From the NCBI RefSeq assembly GCF_009914755.1, contig NC_060942.1: 64,000 nucleotides of DNA; one strand, written 5' to 3'. Positions 39,989-52,700 of this stretch are shown in pieces (position 1 is the first letter of the stretch; each line of letters opens with the position of its first letter). The stretch comes from the human T2T-CHM13v2.0 reference genome, Homo sapiens. A program made the translations under genes and the position numbers. Under the pieces are notes generated by a model, which saw only the letters and a list, made by a program, of their open reading frames with translations, had not been told where the DNA came from and searched no databases.

Positions 39989-41878
39989 CGGCCTGACTCT
40001 CTTCTGGCTTTTGTGAAAATTCTGAAAGAGACTTAATTTCCTATAGTAAATGCCTTTTCTACTTAAGCTAGCTGAAGTGGCTTCTGGTGTTTGACGAATA
40101 ACTCCGACTGATACGAATAGGGATGCTGATACATGCCTCCTGGGGCTGAAACCAGATGACTCATGGAAGCAAGGGTCTCCAAGAAGGCATAAGGCACCTA
40201 TGTTACTCAGAGGGTTTGTACTTCATTTATTAATTGTGAGAGGAACATGGGAAAATGATCTAATTCACGCTATCTTCCTTCCTTATTCTGGAAACCTATT
40301 TGTTTATTCTTTTGTTTTTGTTGTCAGGGTCAGCGTTCATGGTTAAAGACGGGAGCGCAAGGATGAAAATGTGAGTGTGCATTATACATATTCCAGCAGG
40401 GTGACCTGTGGGGAAAATGGCTTTGCCGGGTCTTGCTCATGCACTGTCGTGTCTCCTATTGTTACAAGGAGAGATGACATCAGCCTATGCACCATTTGTC
40501 CAGTGACTGAGTGTGTGTGTGTGAGTGTGTGTGTGTCTGGCTGCAGATAATGTGGCCAGGTTCCAGGTTTTCCAGGGCAAATTTGAGATGTTTTGTTTTT
40601 ATATGTCAGGCCCTTTCTGGACCCATACGTTTTGGTTTAGGCCACGTGGGCACTGCCACTCAAGGTCATAGCAGCCCCTGCCTAGGGTGTGCCAAGGAGG
40701 AAAAAGGAGCAGGATCTCCCCAGGGAATCCTCCTTCCATCAATTTATGGAAATTCCTGTCTGACTCAGTCCTCAGCCTTCAAACCTGAAAGGAGCGAAAG
40801 GTCCCACATTCCCCATCCCTTTCTGAGCCAGGAAGTGGGATGAAGGAGGGATGGGCGGGAGCTGCGAGGCCAGTAACTGTTCAAGGGTGCAGTTTCAAGG
40901 CTCCTCTGCCCAGAGAAACCAGGCTTGTCTGCTGCTGGCAATCTGACAGTGCTTTGCCGAGGGGCCTTTCTTTCCACCTTGAATGAGGAGCAGGGTGGCA
41001 AAGGCCAGGAGAGGGAGCCATTGAATCACGTTCACATTTGATGACTCCTTTCAGGGCAGGTTTGGACAGAGGGGAGGGCAGAGAGAAAGGGTGTCTACAC
41101 CCAGAGGGGTAGTTGTGTTAGGAAGAAGGACTTAGGAGCAGAGAAAAGGAGGACACAGGGGAGTTGGGGAGGGAAATTCACTGGATACAAACCTCCTCAT
41201 TCTGGAATTTGTCCCAGGATGTCCCAGGTCCTTGGAGGTCCCTTGGCATGAGTGTTGCCTGGCACTTCCCTTCCATAGGGCCCCCCACACCCGCTGGCTC
41301 ATGCTTCTAGCTGGGGCACTGACCCTGCTGCCCTTATGAAGTCCCAACTTCACCCATTCTCAGAGGGGAAGGGCCACGTACAGGGCACCCGGCTGTGCCC
41401 TGTTCCGGAAGTGCCCTTTACATGCTGGTTGCCTGTTCTGCAGTAAGCTCAGAGTTCCCTCAGGGAGGAAAAGCTGTCCAGGCCCCAGGAAAGGAGGAGT
41501 GGGGTCTGTAAAGGGCTCTGTTCTTCAGGAAGGGGCAGACTCTGGGTCAGATAAAGGCCTGAGATGAGGGTCTTATTTCCCATTGGGTCTTTACTGTTCT
41601 CTTGTCACATGTTTGGGGGCTCTAAATAAGAACCACGGCTTTTCTATGGAGTCCCCTTCTCTGGCCCCAACTTGCTGCAGGTGACTGGTTTAGGGAGAAT
41701 GGGGTCAGCAGCCCTGGGCCACCACGCTGAGTTTTGTGAACCTGCCCAGTGCTTCTTTTTCACTCGTCACCCAACTCCTTCTGGCATGATTCTTCTTCCA
41801 TGGTCATATGGTGGATATGTATTCACCTTTTCACAAATTAGATGGAAGGAACCCTAGAGACTCTCTTCTCCAGTATTC

Positions 41879-42044
41879 TTTTTTTTTGTTGATACAGGGT
41901 ATATCGCTCTGTCACCCCAACTAGAGTACAGTGGTGTGATCACAGGTCACTGGAACCTCAAACTCCTGGCCTCAAGCAATCCAATCCTTCCTCCTCAACC
42001 TCCCAAAGTGCTGGGATTACAGGCCTGAGCCACTGCGCCAGGTC
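41879..42044 (-). mobile_element. Free Alu monomer (FRAM/FAM-like)
   Basis: Single arm; TSD tccagtattctt/tccaacattctt. Confidence 0.8.
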
Positions 42045-43723
42045 TCCAACATTCTTGAGAGGCAGTGTTGAACTCTTGTGCTGACTGAGAGCTCACTCCT
42101 TCACGAGGGACCTCGTTCCTCTTTAGGGCAACTCCAGATGTTAGGAAGTTCTCTTCCTTTTTTTGGGCACCCAGTTGCCTCCTGCAATCTCTCTCCTATT
42201 GGCTTGGGTTGGCCAAATTTTTGGTGAAAGTTTCCCCTCCCCAACACACCTGTTGAAGTCCCAAGGCCTGTTCATGTATTCCTTAAGACTTCTTCTCCAG
42301 GTAAGCTGCACAGGTTTCTTTGGCCTGTCTTCGGAGGCCTCATCCTCCTTCCTTCACTCCCTCTTCCCTCCACTGGAGGCTCCTTTGCTGTCAGGACCCC
42401 ACCTCCCTTAGCACCTTGGGGTCCCAGGGTGCAGGTCACACATGGCCGGGCTCCATGGAATTCCCACCTGGCCAGGGCTAGAAGGAGATTTTACTCACAG
42501 GAGATCAGGAGCACCCAGGGGTCAAGGCCCACTGGGCCCAGTTCCCTTCCCCTTCTCCATCTTCACCTATGTCACTCAGTGGACACTGACCCCCAGAATG
42601 AGGACCACATGATCCTAGAATGGCCGAGCTGAGCAGAATCTTGACGAGCAGCTGGCCTTGCATTTCTTGCACTGGGCTATGCTTACCCCTGAGCCCTCAG
42701 CCATGGGCTGGGGCCTCCCAAAGCTGTAGGGTGGCCAAGGAACAGTTCGACTTCACTAGAAGATTCTGGGGAAAAGGCAAGTCACTTAACTGGCAAGTCG
42801 ATCAAAACGATGTTTTTATATTAAGACAAATGTTATGTAATAGAATGCAGAAGCATGAATTTCAAAGCCAAAACAGGAGACTTCAGAGTTTTACACTACA
42901 GATAGGTTACTTTGGGCTATTTCTTTAGTGTTCTGCCCCCAATTTGCCAATCAGCTGGCCCCCTCTGCTGAGGGGTGTTTAGATGGAGAACTTCGAGAAG
43001 CTCTGATTACTCCATTTCCTTTATTACTAGAGGTGAGGGAAGGGAAGACCAGAGTGGAGGGGTGATTAGACTGAAGACACACAGCTTGGAGGAGTCTAAA
43101 TTGGAAACCCGGATCTGTTCTTTTCTCTGTACCAAGAAACGCTGCATAGACGTTGCCTACTACAGCAAGAAAGGAATCAAAAATAGAAAAGAGGCTCTGG
43201 GTTGACCCTTGGTTTTCCAGAAATGCAATTCGAAGAACAGTGTTACCAAGAGTCTGGGCTGTGGGTTGTAAGTAGAGCTGACTCCATTCAATGACAGAAG
43301 TATATTCCTTTACCTTAGGTTCTTTTAGGATCTAATGTTCTTTGGGAAAGAGGCTCAGGTGAAGAAAGGAGGAGGCCGATGCCAGCACCGGGAAGTGAGA
43401 GGAAGGAGACCCAGATAGCAGCAGGGCCAGCCGGAGCCCATTCCGGATGCCAGGCTGGGGAACTGGCAGGACTTCCCTTGCTCACACATCCTGGGGTGTA
43501 GCTGCACACGTTTGTGAACACACGCACACACACGCACACCTCGCACTCAGGCCCACAGGTGCTGCAAAGCTTAAGATCCAACCATGCCTTACAAAGCTGG
43601 AATGTAAGAGACTACTGAGAATTGAGTTCTGCCCTCCCTACCATGCAACACCCCCAGATAACTGAAACGGCAATTGGAAGGGGGAATCAATCTCACCAGG
43701 TCATTAAGCAAGCATAGCTCACT

Positions 43724-43941
43724 TTTACTCAAAACACTGTCCTTTAAAGTATAAAATAAGGGTCAAAGGTTTTTTTTTTTTTCTTTGTTAAGGTGTCTTT
43801 GACATTATTTTAAGTTTATGACACCCAACAATTAAAAACCTTAAGACTGGCTTGTTGCTGTCCTGTGAACTTTCAGAAGTCACATCTCACAGAAGTGCAA
43901 CTCTCAATATAATTTAATCAAGTCAATTAATACTGTTTAAT
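43724..43941 (-). terminator. Distal variant poly(A) signals: ATTAAA at 43941-43936 and 43918-43913, AGTAAA at 43729-43724
   Basis: Hexamers seen directly at the end of the AU-rich UTR block; which one is used cannot be determined from sequence. Confidence 0.5.
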
Positions 43942-44378
43942 AAATAGGCCAGAAAATTAGCTGAGAGTTTTTCTCGGCGGGATGTGGCGTGCGACCGAAG
44001 TTATGGAAGATTGTCCCTTGAATCACTAAGGCAAACTTTGTTGAGTGTCATTTTACGTAGAGCAATCACATAAAAAAAGAGTTATAAATAGAAAAAATTC
44101 CAAAGTTCTCCCACAGACAGACAGGGAAATTGAAACATCAAAAAAAAAAAAAAATTGAAGCAAAACAAAAACACAACCACCCCTCCCCCCACAACCCATT
44201 TGCTTCAAGTTCTTGATCATACAGTACTCAACATCTTTGGATATTTTACAATGTACAATTCCAAACTGCAGCCAAGAAAAAACAGAAAGAACTAACCAGT
44301 CATCTGAAAAATTGAGTTTATAAGAAGTCATCACCTTTACAAAATAAAAACAAAAGCCCCAACACCACTGGATTCCAA

Positions 44379-44384
44379 TTTATT
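44379..44384 (-). terminator. Proximal canonical poly(A) signal AATAAA
   Basis: Plus-strand tttatt, followed on the minus strand by a GU/U-rich element (ggtgttggggcttttgtttttatttt, 44366-44341). Confidence 0.65.
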
Positions 44385-46291
44385 CATGTTTCCTTTTTTT
44401 TTTTTTTTCCTCTCTTTTAAAGTCTGGTTCAGCCCCAATCACTTGGCTGATGGGGGGGAACACGGGGGCACGTTGGCTGGTGGACATGGGCATGCTTCAG
44501 AGAAAAGTGTCTGAAACGAAGACAGGAATCTGAGAGGCGGCTGCCCAGGCAGATGACTTCTGAGAACAGAGGGTGTGTGTAGCAATCCTGCTGGCTGGAG
44601 TGGCATCCGGTGGTGTGAAGAATCAGGGGGTCTCTTCTGGAGAGTTGTGAGAGGGACAGAGTCTGTGCTCTTCTCTGGCCTTTTTGTTTGTTGTGTTTTT
44701 GCTCAGGAAAAAGCCAAGGCAACAGGAAGAGCTGAAGTCTCTTTGTGCCCATAGCACAGGGATTGGGGACTCCAGCCCTGGGCTCTCCCTGGGGACGAAC
44801 CCTCCTCCTCTCTGGGCTGCTCAGAAACCAAAGCAAACTTGGCAAGAAAAGAGAGGGGAGGGAAGGAGAGAGAAGGTCAGGAAGGCACGGGGCCAGCAGA
44901 GCCTTCCTTTTCAGGACCTGCTGCAAATTCAAGAACCAGGAGAACATGTGACAACTCTAACTCACAGAGCCCTTCAAACCTCAGAGGCCTCCACCTCCCT
45001 GCACTGAGCCCTTTTGTCAAAAATGGGGAGCCAAATACTCCCACTTCATCCCCAGAGGGAGGAGGAAGGGGTTGAGGGGGTTCTCACACAGCAAAGGGGA
45101 CCATCACTAGCAATGCCAAGGCCCTGAGGAACCCTCAACTCAAAAAACAAACAGATAAACCCTAGAAACCGGTGTTTTGTCTGTTGTCAGGAATCAGGAT
45201 GAGGGGAGACTGTTGCCAGGTGTTAAGAGGTGGCCCCCATCTCTTCGATGTTGGCCCTGAGAGCCCCAAGACACTGCACAGCCTTGGAGGGGGCACTGGA
45301 GATGGGGGTAAACATTAAATAGCGCCCCCAGGAGTCCAGACATGAACAGCGGCCTGCAGGGAAGGTAGGGTAGCATTCTGAGTTCGCAGAGCTACCTGTG
45401 GGCTTTGCTGAAGCTCGGAAGCTCCCCTGATGACCTGATCTCTGTCTAGTCTGGCCATATTTCTCACCTATGCTAATATGCTAATATAGAGCTGGATGTG
45501 ATAAAACTAAGTCCAGAAAGATAAACTGTTTCCCCATGGACTTGGGGAGTACAAAGCTTCTACCATCTCTGTGATTCTCTGGGGGGATAGGTGTGTATGT
45601 GTTTAGAGGTGGAGGGCGGAAACCTCAGTTACCAGCCCCTTCCATAGCCAGGTGACACTGAGCTACAGAGGGCTGACCTGTCAAGGTCACAGGACAGGTC
45701 AGGGAAGAAATGGCCCGGGCCTTCCAGAGCCTGGTTCCTGACTGGTTCCAGGAGGCCTCCCTGCCAACAGAGCATTTCTTTCTATGTGGCAGGTGGGTAG
45801 TTCTCAAAAAGACCCCGGGGCCACTGGAGACTGGAAAATGAGCCCTCAGAGGAGTGTTGGCAGAGACTTTGCCATAGGGGGTGGGGCTTAACCAAGGTGC
45901 ATGCCCAGCCCCTACCTCCTCCTGCTGTGGCTGGCTGGGCACCAGGCCAACCACCCCCTGACCCCTCATGACTCACCCAGCTCCTAAGTGCCCCTGGGCA
46001 CCCAGTTCTTTGTGGCATGGGCCGGTGCAAGTTTCTATATGAGAGCCAGAGAGACAGGGAGGGAGGCCCGGGCTCCTGGCCTTTTGGGAAAAGATGCCCG
46101 TCTCAGACCAGCAAAAGGAGGCAGCTGCTTTAGGAGCCCGGGAAAATGCCATCACTGATAGTATTATTATTATTTTCCCATTTTCCCTTTGTGTTTTTAA
46201 AATGAAAAGTTCAGATCCATGGGGTAGGGTAGAGTGGGCCTGGAGGGAGAAGGACTGGAGGGCTGGTGGGCTGGAGCCGACAGGGACCAGC

Positions 46292-46943
46292 CTAGTTGTT
46301 GGCTTCGGACATGGAGGCCACGTGGTTGAGGCCGGCGAGCCCAGGGAGGCCGGCCAGGCCGGCGGCCCAAGGGTCGGGCAGCGGGAAGTAGGGCCGCGCC
46401 GCCGCCACGTTCTCGGCCAGCGCGAAGGCCAGGAGGCCCCCCGCGTTCCTCTCAGCCTCCAGCTGCGCGCGCCCGAACAGCTTCATCTGTGTCTCCTCGA
46501 ACTGCCGCTCCAGCTCTTGCAGGCTCAGGGCGCCCTTGGGCGCTGCCAGGAAGTGCTTGGCGGGGCTGGGGCCCGGGAGGCACACAGCTGCGCCGCCCAG
46601 GTGGCCGCCCACCTCGCCCAGCGCAGGGGGCATCACGAAGGCCGCCTTGTCGGGGGCCGGGCCGCCGGGCCCGAAGAGCAGGCTGGCGGCCCTCCACGCA
46701 GCAGGCTTGCGGCCGCGTCGGGGCCGTGCCATGCGGCAGCTCTGGCGCTTGATGTGGCGGTGCAGGTGGTCAGAGCGCGTGAAGCTCTTGTAGCAGAACT
46801 CGCACTGGTAGGGCCGCACGCCCGTGTGGATGCGCATGTGGTTCTTGAGGTCGTAGTTGTGCACGAACTTGGCGTTGCAGTGGATGCACAGGTAGGGCCG
46901 CTCCCCTGTGTGCTTCCGCATGTGGATTTTCAGCTTGTCCTGC
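46292..46943 (-). CDS. ZBTB7C: ZBTB7C last coding exon: end of zinc finger 2, fingers 3 and 4 (finger 4 is C2HC type), basic RPRRGRKP motif, C-terminal tail
   Basis: Acceptor cagtctctgcattgcag|G at 46944/46943. The phase-2 junction AG+G gives Arg, joining [21 protein letters not shown] in frame. Stop TAG at 46294-46292. 1208+652=1860 nt, i.e. 619 aa plus stop. Confidence 0.97.
46315..46920. promoter_or_regulatory. Intragenic CpG island over the last ZBTB7C coding exon
   Basis: Very high GC and dense CpG across the exon. Confidence 0.75.
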
Positions 46944-48589
46944 CTGCAATGCAGAGACTGGGGGTCAGTCCCGCAGGGAACACCAGGAGCCATTCCTAAC
47001 CTTTTGCTCCCCCTTTCTCCAGAACCAGCCGAGGCTCCCTACTGCCATGGAGTCAAACCCCAGAAATAGGTCTCATGCTAGATCTACCCTCAACTGCTGC
47101 CCCACCTTAGACAGGTATGGTTACTCACCTGGATTAAAGGGATGCGGAAAAAGCAGTGTCCTGAAAGCCCCACTCCCCCAAACTCCTTTTATACCCGAGC
47201 TCAGAGTCATGAAACTCCCACTCTATTAGGGGTTTATCTCACATACTGGGAAGATACTTCGCCAGAAGTCAGCATTTCTGACCTTAGTCCTCGGATAGTG
47301 CAGCGACTTCTGCTGATACTGGACTGCACTTTAATCTCATACCCACTCTCTCCAGGCAACCTTATGCTTTCCCTCCAGTTCATCTATATGCTTTGGCCCA
47401 AAGTCCCTGGTCCCATCCCAGCCCCCGGGCTATTGAGATCTGTCTGTGTTTGGCACTAATCTGGGAGGCTATAGAAGCTTGGGCACACCTTGTTCAAACC
47501 TCCTGCATGGTGGTTTCTTATCCTAAGCCTTGGGCTCTCCTCTTTGTCTGTAGACAATTTCAGGGTTTACAAAAGAGCCAGGTGCGAAAAGAATGCAGCC
47601 TAATCTAGGGCAAAACTTTGCAGGGTTTAAGTGGTATTATTCACAGGTAAGGTATGGTGTAGGGTGGGGGCGCCTGCACCTATTGGGGGTCTGGGAGCCT
47701 CTGCGCCAGCTGCAGACCCACCACCAACTTGCTGGTGACTTCAGGCAAGTTACTTAACCTCACTGCCCAGAGCTGAACCTGGTGCCAGACATCAATTCTC
47801 ATTGTCCAGGGCTCATGGAAAGAACCTGGGTCTGTGTGAGCTAGATTCCACACACCTCCTGGTGGTCTTGACAGGAAAACTGATATCAGGGGGTTGTTTT
47901 CATAAACACTGAGCATTGGGTAAACCAGCTTAAGGTGGCTGAGGTATAGGCAGCTGGGCTGCAAGAATTCCTCTTGGGATAATTCGCAGCCTTCCCCAGT
48001 GGGGCCATAGGGGCCAGGAAGCTCTGTGTCTAGTCTCCTACTTCCTCCCTGCAGGTGTGGCTTGGGTGGAGCATCTGCCTATAATTTCAGGCTCTGCTTT
48101 GAGGTTAGAACAGATGTGGAGTCCAGGTGTCCTCCCTAAGATGGCCAGATTTAAACCCTGTTTAACGTAATCCTAGGACAGCAGGTGCAGGTCCTAGGCT
48201 CCTGGTGTCTCCTGGCCACTAGAGGTCTCACCAGCTCTCATTTTCAAAATGGTTCTCCAGGGGCAGAGCAGGAGAGAAAAGGACATTCCCATGAATACTG
48301 GCAGGCACTGTGAGAGGAGGATCAGAGAGGACAGATCCAGTCCTCCCACCTGTGCTCACAGGAAGGCTGGAGAGCCCCTGGGAGTGAGGAGAAGGGAAGT
48401 GGGGTCACCCTCTTCCCCTCCACATCCCACTGCTCCTGCCTTTTTTCAAACCCACCAGCCACCCCTAGGCTACATAGTACTCTGCTGTGATATCCCACCC
48501 CCTACCAGCATGCTGTGGTCTCTGTAACCCAGATTTCACCTAGATGATTGGATTTTTGAGGAGGAAGGGACTTCAGAGACCATTTAGGC

Positions 48590-48780
48590 CAGTGGGTCTC
48601 AAACTTAAGGACGCATTCGAACCATAATCAGGACTCAATAAAACAGTGCTGGGCCCTACTCCCAGAGAGTCTGATCAGTAGGTCTGGGATAGGGGAGAGG
48701 GACAAAGGATTTGCATTTCTAACCAGTTGCCACATGCTGGTGGTGGTGGTGGTCCGTGGACCCCACACTGAGAACCACCG
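48590..48780. mobile_element. MER5A MITE inserted in a MIR
   Basis: cagtgggtctcaaac...gagaaccaccg; 8-bp TSD atttaggc/gtctaggc. Confidence 0.8.
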
Positions 48781-48786
48781 GTCTAG

Positions 48787-49767
<981 letters not shown>

Positions 49768-52700
49768 AGGTAGGTTTTTTTTAAGTCACTATTACACATA
49801 ATTAGTAGCACTGACCCTTAGGGTCACTCTCAAACAATGGACAATATAAGTGGTAAATCTTCAAATGCCTCCCAAACTTCTCATTAGTGTATCTAAAAGA
49901 AGTCCCATTTTTGTGGCAATTGGTCCAAGGATGTAAGAAGTGCTGAGAAGGTGCCTACGATATCCTTTTATTGAACATCTGCTATGGGCAGGTAAATACA
50001 TGACTTCATTGACCCTGGGAATTCATTATTCAGAGGCATATGGTATAGAGGTAGGGCCCCTCCAGGAGTCTGGGAGTCCCTGTTGTAGCTTCAGACCCAC
50101 CACCAACTTGCTGGGTGGCTTTAGGCAAGTTATTTAACCTCTCTGTGCAGAGCTAAACCTAGGACCAGACATCACTTCCCATTGTCCAGGGCAGATGGAG
50201 AGAATCTGGGTTTGCGTGAGCTAGATTCAACACACTTGGTGTAATTTCCTCACTTGGACACAGGCAGAAAGGAGGCTCAAAGAAGTTAAGAGCTTCCCAA
50301 AGGTATACAGCTGGTGGGGGCAAAGGAACCTGGGGGGCTACCTGGCTGTGGTTTGTTTGTAAGCTATTCTGGGGATGAGAAAGGATGGATTTTCACAGCA
50401 GGGATTCCCAACCTGAGGCCTAAGAGGACTGCTGCAGAAAGGGCAGACCAGAACAATCAAGAGAGGGCACCGGTAGCCAGCTTTCTGCCTCTGTGGCCAG
50501 AAGACTGGGGTATGCCAATGGGAGGAACTCAGCCCTAGGCAGGAGCTTTCCCTAATGGAGACATTTGTGGGAATGGGGGCAAGGGGTGGGAAGAGTAGGC
50601 AAAGCTCATGATAAGCCAGTGCTGGAAAAAACTTCAGAGGATCATCTAGTTTACCAGGCATACTTTACCACATTCTGATTCATGGTCTGAGTCAGTGGGC
50701 CCAGTAAGTTACACTATTAGCAGTACACTTCTCAGGACCTTGAAAACACTGATCTAATTACTTCCAAGATAAGGAAAGAAAGGACCAAAGAGGGAATGGT
50801 GTTCTAGGGCCACACAGCCTCCTTCTTTACACTGACCTTTCCTGTGGATACTGTGACGTGCATTGGAGCTGGAGGTGGTGCCGGGCACACTCCAAGAACT
50901 AGATCAGTTCCCTTCCCTGGTCTGGGCCTTAGTTTCCTGATCTCTAAAATGCGGGTTGGGCTGCATCCTTGGGGCCTCTAGTGCTCCATGAGTGTATGCA
51001 TCTGGGTAATGGGCTTCTGCCAAATCTCCTTCTGGAGTCTGTTTGGCTGGCTGGCTTCCTTGCTGCTTCACATATTCAATCTGCCTGTGGAAGCAGCGTG
51101 AGTTTAGCTGGAATATGTTCTAGCTGGAATCTCAAGAGCTGAGCTCTTAGTTACTTCTCTGTAGGAATGGAGGTCTGGCAGTTCCACTTAAAACTTCCCA
51201 AGGCCCCCTTGTCCAATGGCCTGTGTGCTCACTTACCCCTTAGCATGGCTTTCTGGGCTCTTCACAAGCTCACTGCCATCTCCTCTGCCAGCTTCCTGCC
51301 TGCCCCCCATGGTACGCTGCCCCACACTCTGGGCAACTCTGCATCTTTGAACACCTGCAGGTATGAACTGGACTGCCGGTCCCCCAGTGCACAGCCCACC
51401 ACATTACAGGGTGGATGCCCTGTAAACCCTGGCTCCTTCCCCGTGTGTGCATGTCTTGTGCTTGGACACTGATGCTCTATCCTTAGGGCCCTCCCAGAAG
51501 GCCAAGCCCAGAGCCAGGGTGCCCCTTCCTCCCAGCCCTCTTCCTCCCAGCCCTCCTCCTCCCAGCACTCCTCCCTGCACGTGGCATGGAGTTCTGGTAC
51601 CTGCTTTGATGAGAACCTGTGGGATGCTCTTTCGTACTCTGCACAACACACAACACTGAATGTAGATAGAGAGGAGGCTCACTGCGCGTTTGGTGACTGA
51701 CTAGTGGTGCCAATTTCAGAACTCTCCGACTACAAATCCAACATGCTCCCCTCTGGCCCTGGTCCCCTTGTCTGCCATCTCGTTCCATCTCTCTGCATCA
51801 GGGACAGCCAAGGACATATGCACCCAAGCCTCGGTCTACATGCCTCCTTTCAGCCTGGAGAGCTCATCGTCGGGAAAGTCATGTGAGTCCTCATGAGCTC
51901 ATTCCCAGAATCAAAGAAAAGGGCTGTGGGGCCTTGGCCTGAGGTCTGTGGCCTCCAGAAAGGCTCCCAATCAGGATAATGCTTTCCCAGCAGCCTCTAC
52001 CTGGACTTCTTGTAACCCGATGGTTTGAGACACACTCTTCCTGCTACCACTGCTAATGCCATTACATTATCTTAATAGGGTTCCCAGAGCTGCCAGGAGT
52101 GGGAGGACTACAAAGAAAATAGAGGGAAGACAAAAGCCAGGCTGCTGGCTTATCTGGAGAGCAGGCAGCTGTGGGGGCACAAAGGTGGTCAGCATTCGGC
52201 TGGCACTGGAGGAGGCAGGTGGAGACTAAAAGGCACAGCCTTCGGGGTTCAGCGGAACTGGAAAGCGTGCCTTGTCAGAGAGTGACTGCGGTGCAGAGGT
52301 CGTCCATCCCCACCCAGGACGGTGTGCTCTATGGGACCTCTGCTGTCTCTGGGCCAGTCTGTTTTCATTTTGCAGTTTCTTGCCTTCACTACTGTCCCCA
52401 TCAGGCATGGCTGGGGCATCTCTGGGAGCCAGGCTGTGACAGGATGCAGGGGCTCCAGGAGGGAGACCAGCCAGCCATGCTCTCTAGGAGCTACTAACAG
52501 AAGGGCTGGGGGAGGCAAGGGGCAAGTCTCTATGGCCTGCAATCAAGGACCCATGTGGTGGGAATTAAGAGGCGGAAGATGCACAGGCTTTCACAGGGCC
52601 CAGGGCCAGGCCCAGTTGGCAGTGATGGCTGCAGATGGGGCAAAAAGGTGTGCGGGGGCCACCTGGACCTGGGATGTCCGTGGGCAGGGAAAATACCCAC

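Larger units (their letters stand above)
43700..46291 (-). other. ZBTB7C: ZBTB7C 3' UTR (distal end approximate)
   Basis: Unique sequence with no recognisable repeat downstream of the stop; distal 0.7 kb is U/AU-rich on the minus strand; several poly(A) hexamers. Confidence 0.75.

Noticed and set aside
44882-45314. Seed matches for miR-124 (44882-44888), miR-125 (45122-45128, 45255-45261) and miR-30 (45308-45314) in the proximal 3' UTR
   Set aside because: 7-mers occur often by chance in a UTR this long; unsupported without conservation data.
46094-46999. 301-aa plus-strand ORF antisense to the last ZBTB7C exon
   Set aside because: Shadow ORF from GC-rich codon usage on the opposite strand; no domain and no independent promoter evidence.
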